Shown: positions 28,185-39,980 of the stretch, in pieces | Numbering within the stretch: the first letter of the stretch is position 1 | Layout of the letters: each line of letters begins with the position of its first letter | NCBI GenBank assembly: GCA_964016885.1 | Contig: OZ024741.1 | Span: forward strand, 167,958,001-168,022,000 | Direction: 5' to 3' | DNA from: Eledone cirrhosa | Lineage: Eukaryota | DNA length: 64,000 nucleotides | Notes under the pieces: model-generated | Database searches by the model: none | Seen by the model: the letters and a program-made list of their open reading frames with translations, nothing else | Told to the model about the DNA's origin: nothing | Program-made: the position numbers and the translations under genes

Positions 28185-29070
28185 GAAGAAGAAGTTTATG
28201 AAACGGAAATGCGGGTATAAAGAATTTACTAGGTAACAATTGTTTCTATAGTGTGTGGGTTACCTATACCTCGCTATTTGTATAATATAAAAATATTATC
28301 ATAAATCGTAGGTACACTGTAAGAGAACACACCATGTCGTCAGACCTTCATGGTAGAATGATAGGAGAATATTTTATACACTAAATATGAGAGAAAGTAG
28401 GAGGTAGGAAGGGAAGAGGAAGAGAGAAGCGAGTAAGGGGGAGGTAGTCTTAGGATTCAAGACTGTCAGAGTAGTAGAGATTGTATAGAAGAAAATGTTT
28501 TGGCAGCAGTTAACTAAATGAGGCGTGTTAGGGTTGGCGGGGGAAGTAAATTCTTCTAGTGGTGTTGTTTGGACAAAGTTTAGTTAAAGGGGTCAATGTA
28601 GTATAGAATTATAGACAAGTTATTGGGGCTATTATAGTAGCAGGATATTTCCAAAGGGGTCTAAAAAACAGTGTTTAGTGCTATTATTATAAAAAGCCAT
28701 ATCGTGTGTATAAACATATAAAAATATGAAATAAAAATAAAAATTTGCAAATGGTGGTGTAAAAAGATAACATTACATGCATTTAAAAAAAGAAAAAGTC
28801 GTTTTTAAACGATGGTTACAGTAAAGTGAACGTTCAATTTTGCTGTTCAAAAGTTTGTTTTCCGACGTTAAAATGCAGTATATCTCCATATTGCATAATT
28901 TACAAAATCGGTGATTTTGCCTATATACTGGCGCAACTGCAATAATTTGCCAATCAAGGGAGAATGCTTGATTGTTCTTCCGAAGCTGCCAGGCTTTATC
29001 GGCGAGGGTTGTTACGGAGCGCATTTTCTCATGCTTGATCGAAGATCGATGTTGGTATAGGCGAATATTC
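28185..29070 (-). mobile_element. Naiad-like PLE 3' fragment (GIY-YIG C-terminus + pLTR)
   Basis: TTLADKAWQLR..LDWQII..FCKLCNME..LLNSKIE..CNHR. Confidence 0.8.
28231..28347 (-). ncRNA. Hammerhead ribozyme motif with ~90-nt extended stem II
   Basis: aggt-CTGACGA-catggtgtg[...]cacactata-GAAA-c(aatt)g-TT-acct. Confidence 0.65.
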
Positions 29071-29071
29071 G

Positions 29072-30866
29072 CTATAGAGGCATTAAATTAATTGACCAGG
29101 TCATGAAGGTCACAAAAAAGTAATAGCGCAACTAATCAGAGAGCGAATTGATCTAGATGAAATGCAGTTCGGGTTTGTGTCAGGTAAAAGTACGACAAAT
29201 GCTCTTTTCATTGTACGACAACTACAGGAGAAGTACCTAGCTAAAAGTAAACCCCTCTACTTGGCTTTTGTAGACCTGGAGAAAGCCTTTTACACAGTCC
29301 CCCGCTCCATTATCTGGTGCGCTCTTAAAAAACTAGGTGTAGATGAATACAAGTCATGTATAAAGAAACAGTCAGCAAGGTTAGAATTAGCAACGAATAT
29401 AGTGAAGAGTTTAGCGTAAAAGTTGGTGTTCATCAGGGCTCTATTCTTAGCCCCTTCCTATTTATTATTGCCCTTCAGGCTATAACAGAGGAGTTCAAGA
29501 CCGGCTGCCCATGAAAACTTCTATATGCAGATGATCTAACGTACATAGCCGAATCAATGGCTGAACTAGAGAAGAAATTCCAAACATGGAAGCATGGCCT
29601 AGAATCAAAAGGCCTTAAAGTTAACTTGTCTAAGACTAAAGTCCTAATATGTAGGAAGGAGAATAGGGCACTGGTCCCATCTGGTAAATGGCCATGCTCA
29701 GTGTGTAGGAAAGGAGTAGGCAGAAACTCCATTTTATGTCCCAATGCAAAGTATGGGTGCATAAAAGATGTAGTGGGATCACAGGTAAGCTAACTAAGAA
29801 TATAGATTTTATATGTGGCCGGTGCTCTGGTGCAATAAGTAGCAGCAAATGCCCACAGAATACTAGCTCATTCCATTGCCCAGATGGTTCTATAGAAATA
29901 GTGGACACCTTCCGTTACCTGGGTGCAAAATCAGCAGTGGTGGAGGGTGCTCTGAAAGTACTGTAGCTAGAGTCCGAATGGGATGGAAAAAGTTCAGAGA
30001 GCTTATACCACTATTGGCCGCTAAAGGTTTCTCTCTAAAAATAAAAGGCAGATTGTATGATGCCTGTATACTAACAGCAATGTTACATGGCAGTGAGACA
30101 TGGGCCTTGTGTGCAGAGGATCTACACAGACTAGAGAGGAACAAAGCTTGCATGCTCTGTTGGATGTGTAATAGTAATATACGCGAACGGCAAAGCATAA
30201 ATGAACTAAGTGAGAAATTAGGAATAAGAGGGATCAGATGCTGTTTACTTGAGAGAAGACTACGTTGGTATGGTCACGTGATGTGCATGAAAGATGACAG
30301 CTATATAAAAAAGTGCAGGGCGATCAAAATAGACAGTAGCTACGGAGTAGGCAGACCCAGAAAAACCTGGGACGACTTGATAAAATCCGACCTCACACAC
30401 TTACACCTCTCCAAGACAATGTCACTGGACCGAGATCTTTGGTGCTATGTAGTAATACAGAAGACCCGCCTTGCCTAAGTACAAAGCGAAACCTAGTCAG
30501 TAGGCACCTCTAAACCAAAATACACCCCCGTCCCACTACCCCTACCCCCACCGCCATCTACACCACCCCTTTCGATGTAAAGTTATGTTGGTACCACAAC
30601 ATCCAGTCCTAAATAAATGACGTCGTGTAGCTGTCATGACAAAAAAAACACACAGTCCACGCTGTAATGTGGCCGTGTAGGTAACACGGTAAAAACCTCC
30701 CAGTCCACACTGTAAACGTGGTTGGTGTTAGGAAGAGCATCCAGCCCTAGAAAACCCGCCAGACAGTCCTGAACAAGACAACCAATCTTGCCTCAAGTGG
30801 GACAATTCCCGTCTAAACCCATGCTAGCGTGGAAGATAGACGTTAAACGATGATGATGATGATGTT
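29072..30866 (+). mobile_element. 5'-truncated RTE (BovB-like) LINE
   Basis: QFGFVSGKSTT, AFVDLEKAF, GVHQGS, LLYADDL, PHD-like CSVC..C..H..C..FICGRC, HGSETW, RRLRWYGH; (GAT)n tail. Confidence 0.92.
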
Positions 30867-32344
30867 GATTAACAATTACTGTTATGAGAATGATGGACAT
30901 CATCAAGCTACAGATCTCATATTATGTAGTTTCTATATAATAATAATCTGCAGTGACTATGACGCTGTTAAGCAATAGGCTTGAAACTCATGCATAATCT
31001 GTAAAACCTTTAGGAACTACCATCAATCTAAACCTTCTATAAATGTCACCTGGTATACAGACACACACTTACTTTACCTACCTAAAAAGGAAAGAAGTAA
31101 AACCACATGCCCAGCCAATATAACTGAGTATGACTATAAACCAACATTAAACAATACAAAAGAATTGAGTATGAAAACAAAAAAAAAAATGGAAATTAAT
31201 AATAACAGATAAGAACCATTTAACAGAACATGAAACAATAAACCTTTACTCAATAAAGCACATTATTCAACATACAACTAAAGGTAAACACAGCTACAGT
31301 CTAACACAAACCAAAATTGGGAAAACAAAATGATTGTAAAAATGATCATTCAGCAGTAAATTCTGCTTGATACCTTATATTACCTAAAGACAAAGGCATA
31401 ATATTCACCTGAATTTTATGTGAGTATGGCTAATGCTGCCTACTGAATACTTCTGAGAAGACTGCCTGCATCCCCACTCAGAAGTGCCCAAAGTGAGGGG
31501 CACTAACCCTGTCAGCTCCTACCCATGTCATTAATGCACCTGGTTCCCATGAAGCCTACTAACAACAACCTTTCTCTGCTGTTATGCCAAGCCACACTGG
31601 AAAATGACTCTGTCGACCATTACACACACAACATTAGCTCTGCATGACTTTCTTTCAAACTCAGCAACCTATTCAGAGACAAATAACAATAAAAGATGCC
31701 AAACATTTGTGACTAACTAAAGCTAAGAAATTAAACAAATGATAGAATTAACAGTTTAATAGCAACCTCAATATTATACAGCACTACCTACACCCTTCTG
31801 AAACCTCTTTGTTTCTGCCACTTAGCCATTTGTTACTTAACTGCAAGCCCCAAATAGCCCTAAACCTCCCTAAAATCTCCTCCTTTACACCAAGGCTATC
31901 ACAAAAGTACCATATTAACATTTTCCTATCAAACCGATGTGCATTAATAGTCTCTTAACTTCCTCCACAAAAAAAACTTAACCTGTTTACTAATTCTACT
32001 GTACCATTAGCTAAAACATTATGACCCATTAACATGAATATACAGCTGGAGGCAGAGAGCATCCAAGCTACCTCGAAACTAAAAGCCCAAGTTTTATTCT
32101 AAATCCTCATCATTAACAAGCCATCATAATCATGTCTAAATAATTAACCCTATTTATATCATAATCATTCCTGTTCACTGCCAAACTATTAGGATAAATT
32201 TTATGAAGTAAATCTTCAAAGTACCTGTATCTTTGAACACAAATATCATCTATTTACATGCAACAATGGTATGCCTCTGACCTACTTGAACAGACAACCT
32301 ACAAACACACACACAACACAGATGTATATATATATATATTATGA

Positions 32345-32576
32345 TAAAACACTGGGAGGTTATATCCAAAGTAAGTAGAACACCTAGTCCATAGGACGAG
32401 TTCAATATAAAGTTAGTTCCACAACATAATAGCTAACCATCTTCGAGGACATATGTTTCACCCAACGGAAACACGTTTCCTCGAAGATGGTTTGCTAATA
32501 TTAATATGTTGTGGAACTAACATTATATATATATATATATATATATATAATGTTAGTTCCACAACATATTAGCAAA

Positions 32577-32580
<4 letters not shown>
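32345..32580 (-). mobile_element. Short PLE-derived hairpin element, related to 62958-63430
   Basis: Inverted repeat 32412-32450 / 32478-32522; tail agtccataggacgagtt matches 63375-63391 on the other strand; in (AT)n. Confidence 0.65.
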
Positions 32581-32637
<57 letters not shown>

Positions 32638-32788
32638 TACACTGGTGTGTATGATTGTGTATAGAAGATTATATGAATAAAAGGAATTCCAACTTTGTCT
32701 GATTTACTCGTTTTATTTACAATCCTTTAAAATTTATAATCGTATTAGAATGAAATAGTATGGTAGAATATTAAATGTTAAGTGTTAA

Positions 32789-32829
32789 TTGAACAAGTAC
32801 TTTCATGCTTTCGCAATCTTCAGGTTCAA
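32789..32829 (-). ncRNA. Minimal hammerhead ribozyme motif
   Basis: ttgaac-CTGAAGA-ttgc(gaaa)gcat-GAAA-g(ta)c-TT-gttcaa; palindrome aagtactt. Confidence 0.75.
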
Positions 32830-33256
32830 GTTTGCAATTTTCAACTGTAATGAGATGGGTAAATTTTGTACCTTATATACAGTGAAAAGTAGCTACAGAA
32901 TGCTAAATCTTGCAAACTGTATTTCAAACAATCGGTGTGTAGTTTCACTGGATTACTAAAGCTGATTGGTTTAGGCGTCACAGCTGGTTGAGCATGTCTA
33001 ATGACTACTATTTGACCCTATCCAAAGCATCAATTGTTTTTCAAAATGATGAAAATGGTAGTCATTAGACATGGTCAACCAACCGTGACGCCTAAACCAA
33101 TCAGCTTTAGTAATCCAGTGAAACTACACACCGATTGGTTGAAATACAGTTTGCAAGATTTAGCATTCTGTAGCCACTTTTCACTGTATATAAGGCACAA
33201 AATTTACCCATCTCATTACAGTTGAAAATTGCAAACTTCACTGTCACCACAGAATA

Positions 33257-33295
33257 TGAACCTGAAGATTGTGAAAGCATGAAAGTATTTGTTCA
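33257..33295 (+). ncRNA. Minimal hammerhead ribozyme motif (mirror copy)
   Basis: tgaac-CTGAAGA-ttgt(gaaa)gcat-GAAA-gtat-TT-gttca. Confidence 0.7.
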
Positions 33296-33505
33296 ATTAA
33301 CATTTAATATTTTACCATACTATTTCATTCTAATACCATTATACATTTTAAAGGATTGTAAATAAAAGGAGTAAATCAGACAAAGTTGGAATTCCTTTTA
33401 TTAATATATATATATTTAACGGTTAAACAAGGTTCAATGAATAAATCAAAGAATAAAGTTTTACAATAGATTAGAAGCACTCCACAGTAATGGTTTTCCG
33501 GAGTT

Positions 33506-33848
33506 CATCATCACCATCATCATCATTTTATGTCCGCTTTTCCCTGCTTGCAAGGGTGGGACAGGAACTGATTCTGGCCTGATTTCTACAGCTGGATGCC
33601 CTTCCTAACACCAACCTCATTTACAGTGAGTGCTGGGTGCTTTTTTGCCGTGGCACCTCCACGACCACTTTGCAGTGGAATTATATGGACCCCAGTCCTA
33701 TCATCTCATTTCTACAGCTGAGTAAACTGGAGCAATGTGAAATAAAGTGTCTTGGTCAAGGAAACAACACATCACCCGATCTGAGAATTGAACTCACCAC
33801 CTTTCAATTGCAAGGCCAATGCTCTAACCACTAAGCCATGTGCCTCCA
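33506..33848 (-). mobile_element. tRNA-head SINE with RTE-derived tail
   Basis: Same family as 11473-11862. Confidence 0.8.
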
Positions 33849-33919
33849 TGGTTAAAAGTCAGTCATGCAATGACTGATTTTTAACCATCTACTTAGTCAG
33901 GGTATGTCATGCATCATCT

Positions 33920-33986
33920 TATTTTATCTGATGAGGACGTACTGTTGAAGATAGCTCAGTACCTCTGAAATATGTATAATAAAATA
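33920..33986 (+). ncRNA. Hammerhead ribozyme motif in a solo pLTR related to the PLE at 58949
   Basis: tattttat-CTGATGA-ggacgtactg(..)cagtacctct-GAAA-t(atgt)a-TA-ataaaata; 33420-33505 is an inverted piece similar to ~59267-59345. Confidence 0.8.
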
Positions 33987-34057
33987 TACTTGATCACACG
34001 AATGTCTATTTTTGTTAATATTTTGAATTAATATTATATATATATATGTGTGTGTGT

Positions 34058-34404
34058 AAAGTCCAACTCCTCCTCAACGTAGCAGGGCGGTGGCAACGGG
34101 TAGTGTCAGAGCTATGCTATCGGGAACTTCGGTTCCTGGTAGGGCCACCCAAGGCGGATTGGTCTGGCACCCATCAATATTAGGGCCGCAACCCGGCAAA
34201 AGGGGCTCTGGTTTTGGTGAAAATCCAAGAGGTGTCTGCTCTGGTAACTGGCGGCTTCGGGTCGTTTCTGTCTCTGTGTTTGTGGAGAATTTGCGGCAAA
34301 CAGGGCGTTTTTTCACCTCGTTCGGGATATACATGCAGGTTTTTGGGGGACCGCTTGTGAATTCACTACTCCCATGACACTTTTTCAAGTACAAGTAAGT
34401 AAGT
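34058..34404 (+). mobile_element. Short GC-rich non-autonomous retroelement, likely RTE 5' UTR joined to a 3' tail
   Basis: gagctatgc..tggtagggccaccca motif as I recall from RTE 5' UTRs; (TAAG)n-type tail; sits in a TG repeat. Confidence 0.55.
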
Positions 34405-35226
34405 GTGTGTATGTGTGTGTAGCTGTTATAACATAGATTTAGTGAGTTTTGTCAAAAAATGATTGCAATGGTACTGGCAGAAAAATTAGCAGATGTGTTA
34501 CCCCAGAGCTAGACCAGGGCTCAGGGATCATTCTTATGGATGATCATCTTCCAAACTAGAAAAATATGCAGACCTTCTAGAAGGTGATAATAAATTGTCT
34601 TTCATAATTCAAATTCACATGTTTACATTTTGAGTTACAATGGGGTTTACATTGTTTATCTTTGTCATCCCTCTGGGATTGATAAAAGATGCTGCCATTA
34701 CATAAATGATTTCTAATATAATCATGAGTACAACAATTCTGTTTTTTTGTATTTTTTTGTAGCGTGGTAAGTTGATTACATTAATCCTAGCACTTGACTG
34801 GTACTTTATTTTATCAACCGAGGGAGGATGAAATGCAAAGTTAATCTCAGTAGAATTTGAACTCAGAAAGTAAATAATTACCAAAGATATAATGGTTTCT
34901 AATTTATGCAGAAAGCCAGCAATTTTGGGTGGAGGTATATGTAAATTATATCGACTCCAGTATTTGAGGGTACAATATTTTTTGACCTAGAAAAATGAAA
35001 GGCAAAGTTAACCTTGGTGATATTTGAACTCAGAATATAAAGGTATTTTATAAGAAAGTGTCTCAAAGCACTTTCTCTAAAGTTCTGATGTCCTGCAAAT
35101 CCACTACTATAACTACCTGATGTCCTGCAAATCCACTACCATTACTATAATGAAATTACATCAATTAGCTCTATTTCCTTAGAAAAAAGGGGGTTTCTTC
35201 CTGGCACCAGCAGCCACACCGACACC

Positions 35227-35259
<33 letters not shown>

Positions 35260-36299
35260 GATGACATCACCATCAACACCAAGGACAACACCACCAACTG
35301 CAACAACAATGATAAAAATCAATATTTAAAACATTAAATGGATATGACTTGGCATAAAGAAAAAAAAATCTTCTCAGTATTTAATTTTCTTTCATATTTC
35401 CAGTTCTTCCATATTTTCAGTTCTTCAATATGTCGAGTTGAAATTCTACTAGGAATACCAAATGCAAATTTGCTTTCCATTCATTGGAATTCATAAAATA
35501 AGCACCATTAACATTGCTGGCATAGATTTAATTTTTCTACACATTTAACTCTTCAAAATTTTTTTTATGTGCAAACGTTTTCGTTTAATTAAAAAATTTT
35601 GATAAATTCCAGCTTAATTATTGCTTCGTAATTTATTGAATATGACAATCTAACTGTGGTTGGCTCTGGTGGGAGTTGAACTTAGAATTATCAGGCTCTA
35701 GTATTGTTGATATTTCTCTCACCCTCGACAAGTAGTTAATAAAACCAGTGAGGAACTTCAATGTGATCGATAAACCAGCTAGAAATAGCAATCAAAATGC
35801 CTCAACTCATAGCCTATCCTGAATTTTTGTGAAAAAAAAAGAATGGATACATTGAATAATTTTGTCCTAGATACACTATGTTTGAAAGAAAAGAGATGGT
35901 CATGACTGGAATGCTCGTGATTATAGTTCTATAGCATTAAAACTGAGCTGAGGATAAACAACAGCAATTTCATCATAGGTCTGTTCGATCACAATTGAGC
36001 TTGAGCTAAACAATCTATTTTGTGTAAAACATTGGTCACACTGGAAATGTATGGTGTGTGTTTGTGTGTGTGCATGTGTACATGTATGCATGTGAAAGAG
36101 AGAGCTTTGGTGTGGGTTGTAATGGTGGGAGTGACAAAGGTGACGTTTTTTTTAATCCCATGTTGGAAGGGGATAGTAAGAGTGTATGTGTATGAGAAAG
36201 GGGGGGGGAGAAAGTGGTGGTGGTGTCACTAGTAGAACCAACATTTTTTTTCTAAAATCCCGGAACAATTATATTATTAGTATGTATGTGGCTATGTGA

Positions 36300-36332
<33 letters not shown>

Positions 36333-36541
36333 TCATTTCTGAATTTGTTTAGCAAGATTCTTTATCTGAAAACGTGTGTTGAAACCGATATTGTTATACT
36401 TTGGGAGGGTCATGTTGCCAATAAGAAACACACGCACCAGTTGCTTTCACTTCAATTTATTATAATAAATTTATAAATTTAGGAATTTATAAATTTCCGG
36501 TTGGTTGGTTGGTTCCACAACCAGATGATTGTTTATATATT

Positions 36542-36584
36542 GTCAAATTTCTTTTGTCACACATTCTGTGACCTCTTCAGTGAC
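36542..36584 (-). ncRNA. Hammerhead motif in PLE 3' pLTR (G12->A, probably inactive)
   Basis: gtca-CTGAAGA-ggtcac(agaatgt)gtgac-AAAA-gaaa-TT-tgac. Confidence 0.65.
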
Positions 36585-37095
36585 TGGGGATTCTTTTCTT
36601 TGTTTTTGTGCCTCTCCTTTGTTCTGTCCTACGCCATCTTGTTTTTGTGTGTGTGTTGTGTGCTTAGTTTGCGCATGTGTTACATCCGGGTGTCTGTGTG
36701 TGTTTATATTCGTTTATTTATTTGTTTATTTACATGTTACTGGTTGGTTGTTTGTTCTATGTGCGTGTGTGTTTTTATTTTGTCCTTAATTGATGTTGCT
36801 GTTCCATTAATGTTTTCTATTTAATTTTGGTTGGAGTTCATTTATGTTTATTGCCTCTGTGATTTGTCTAAACATTGCGTCTTTTCTGTGTGTAGATTCT
36901 ATTTTTATTTCTATGTTCTCTAATTTACCCTTATGTTCTATTTTAGCATGTTCTATTTTAGTACAGATGATTCTTTACTATCTTGAAGGTCTCGCCAGTG
37001 TTCATTTATCCGTTCCCCTATACTACGAGCTGTCTCACCTATGTACACTATATTTTTATCTCTACATTGTCCTTCAGTACATCTTATGCTATATA

Positions 37096-38679
37096 CTACA
37101 TTTCTAGTTTTACAGTTAATATAGGGCTTAATTTACAGATTATACATTTCTTATCTATACAGGGAGGTCTTTGAAAAGGGTATGTCTTGCTAATAAGTGT
37201 TTTTATGGAGGTACCTGGTCTTTCTACTATCTTAATATTGAGTTTATGTTTATCTAGGGCCCTTCTAAATTTGTAAGCTAATTCACCTCTAGGGGTTGTA
37301 TCGATGAACATTACACTCTGGTATTTATTGCTATCATACCATGAGTTTATTCTATTAGCCTTATTCCTAGTTCTTTCTATTCTATTCCAAAGTTTGCTCC
37401 TATACAAGGGGCAGGTCCCATTTGTGTCATTATTTACCATTTTTTCCCATTTGGTTCTGGCTCCTCTATATACTCTGATTTTATCTCTCTGATTGTAACC
37501 AGAGAACTGCATACGGTGGATGAAGTGTTGTATGTGTCTCTCTAGTTCTTTGGGGTTGCACATGCGGGACACGTTTCTCATCACTTGTACCAAATCCGCA
37601 ATCAGTATGTTGATTTTGGTATGGTCCAAAACAGCTGAGTTTCGGTGGATCACATATTTGGAAGTCATGGGTTTGGCATAATGGGAATGGAGGATTTGTT
37701 TTTTGTTATTAATGGTATCTAACCAGAGCTCTGTGTCTAGTACAGGTAATCGATGGTTGGGGTGTTTGCTTGGGTAGTCTATAGTAACTCTAATACTCTG
37801 GTGGATAGAGTTAGCTATTTGCTGGATGCTTTCCATTGTGTTTTTCTCTAATTCCTGACTGTTCTCTAGTGGTGGTATTTTTACTACGATGTTTATATCA
37901 TCAACGTAGCGGGAGTACATTATCAGGGTTAAGGGGTTTTCTAATTGTTCTTTAAGTTTAAGTTTAAGTCTACTGTCCCACCATACCATGAATAGGTTAG
38001 CTATGTCGCCTGCAATGCTAACACCAATGGCTGCTCCCTCCTCTTGGGTATATGTTTTTCCATTACATTTGAACATATGTTCCTTAAGGGCTAATTTTAT
38101 GCTGGCCCCCACCGCATGTGCAATCATTTTCTTTAGTTCATCGTGGTTTTCGGGGGTCCGTATGGCTCTGGTCCACCCGTTCCATCTATCTGTGTGGGTT
38201 TTCTTGGCCATTGAGGTAATGGTAGGTGGTCTGCCTCTTGCTGGTCTTGTAGGGCACAGGTTGCTAAGGCCATATGTATCTAGATAATTATTACTATAGG
38301 TAAGTTTAAGTAGGAGTCCCAGCTCACTGGTATCAATCCCACGGAATTCAACATTGCTCTCACTGATCATTTCTATGCATTTCTCCACAGCAAAATCCAC
38401 GTCAATAGATGGATACAGGGACACAACATCCATACTACCTATTATGCAGTTTGTTAGGTCCCTAAATCTGTTACTTTCACCGATTCTGCTGAGGAGGTCC
38501 TCCGTGCTGTCACATACATCTGGGGACATTTCAATGATGGGGCGTATGATCAGGGAGAAGAAGTAGGAAAGTCTGTAGTTACTAGCAATGTTAGCTCCAC
38601 AGACTGGCCGTGTTGGTGGTCCTGTGACAGGGTCACTGCTCGTTTTATGGTCTTTTCGAAGCCCATACAACGCTGGCAC
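37096..38679 (-). CDS. PLE reverse transcriptase core (part of an interrupted polyprotein)
   Basis: 527-aa ORF with RT motifs DVVSLY, G.A.G and YVDD, plus thumb region. Confidence 0.85.
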   Translation of the reverse strand: MPALYGLRKDHKTSSDPVTGPPTRPVCGANIASNYRLSYFFSLIIRPIIEMSPDVCDSTEDLLSRIGESNRFRDLTNCIIGSMDVVSLYPSIDVDFAVEKCIEMISESNVEFRGIDTSELGLLLKLTYSNNYLDTYGLSNLCPTRPARGRPPTITSMAKKTHTDRWNGWTRAIRTPENHDELKKMIAHAVGASIKLALKEHMFKCNGKTYTQEEGAAIGVSIAGDIANLFMVWWDSRLKLKLKEQLENPLTLIMYSRYVDDINIVVKIPPLENSQELEKNTMESIQQIANSIHQSIRVTIDYPSKHPNHRLPVLDTELWLDTINNKKQILHSHYAKPMTSKYVIHRNSAVLDHTKINILIADLVQVMRNVSRMCNPKELERHIQHFIHRMQFSGYNQRDKIRVYRGARTKWEKMVNNDTNGTCPLYRSKLWNRIERTRNKANRINSWYDSNKYQSVMFIDTTPRGELAYKFRRALDKHKLNIKIVERPGTSIKTLISKTYPFQRPPCIDKKCIICKLSPILTVKLEM

Positions 38680-39885
38680 GTCATTGTTCTAGGCCTGGAA
38701 GTTGTTGGCAGTCCTTTTGTTGGGCTGCATTATATTTGTCCACATCATCATATGGGCATTGAGGGCTTTTTCCCTATCCTCATGCGCTTGTGGTGTTACT
38801 TCTCTTGTGTTAGTGATGTGGGGTTGCATTGCCTGGATGTAGTTTGGCAGACTGTCAACCGACATTCTGCCAGACTTGTCTGTTGGAAAGCATGCTATCT
38901 CTCCATTATGCGAGCACTGCATGAGCTTATGCAAGCCATTTGCAGAATTTTCTCCCAGTTGCTGGGCCTCCATTCTATTATGCTTCTTGCTATACTGTTC
39001 TATAATATTTCTAAGTTTAGATCTAGCTATACTAAATTGTGCTTCTGTTTGTTCATCGACCTGCGACGGCAATTGCGTGCGTTTGTTAAATGGTAAAGTC
39101 GTGGCGTGGACTCGTCGCAGGTCGAGCGATTTATCGGAGGGATTATAAAAAGTAGAGTTCCAGGCTGCTGCTTTATGTGTACTAGTGCTATTGTTATTGT
39201 TACTTGTGTTGTTTCTATTTCTATTTCCACCAGCAGCCTCATGGTTGTTTCTATGTCTCTCATTATTACTCCTGTCTCTTTCCTCTGGCTCATTGTTATT
39301 ATCTACTCTATTTTGTGTGTCTGTGTGTTCGTCTTGGTTATTTTCTCTGTCCATAGTCTCCCTTTTCCTTTCAATCCTATTACCTTCCCTTATTTCTGTG
39401 CTACTGTCATTACCTGTTTTCTGTGTCTGTGTGTTCGTTAAAATTGTGGTGGTGGTGAGAGGCATTGAATGTGTGTGTGTTGTTGTTGTTGATGTGTGCT
39501 GTTGTTGATGTGTGTTGTTGTTGTTGTTGTCTCCGTGTATGTTATTATTGTTGTGTGTTGTTATTGTTGTTTGTGTCTGTGTGTCTGTTGTTGTTGTTTC
39601 TGAGTATGTTATTATTGTTGATGTGTGTGTTGTTGTTATTGTTGTTTGTATCTGTGTGTCTGTTGTTGTTGGGATGTGTGTTGTATATGTCTGTGTGTGT
39701 GCGTATGTTGTTACTTTTGTTTTTGTTTTTGAGGCTCCAACGTAATTTTGTAAATGATTTTTCTATTTCTGACAAGCATTTAATCATATTTACCTTATTA
39801 AATGTGACATACTTAGGTGGTAGTTGTAATACTGATAATTCATCAGAGTCGACCGTAGTGTTGCCGTATATATTTGTGTTGTTGT

Positions 39886-39980
<95 letters not shown>

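Larger units (their letters stand above)
32640..33405. mobile_element. Non-coding fold-back element (~340-bp arms) with an HHR in each arm
   Basis: 32676-33012 is the inverse of 33054-33403; bounded by (AT)n. Confidence 0.9.
36331..39890 (-). mobile_element. Near full-length Penelope-like element (non-Naiad clade, possibly Nematis-like)
   Basis: PTDKSG, LYGLRKDHK..RPV, SMDVVSLYPSI, GAAIG, RYVDD, LPVLD; after a frameshift NVVYSIRC..YIGETARS..R..EH, RQITEAI..PKLN; one in-frame TAG at 38689; (AT)n at both ends. Confidence 0.92.

Noticed and set aside
30950-31700. Possible very old Naiad GIY-YIG remnant
   Set aside because: Only faint motif echoes; cannot be supported by eye.
37988-39508. Plus-strand ORFs over the PLE
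   Set aside because: Antisense shadows of the RT ORF and low-complexity sequence.
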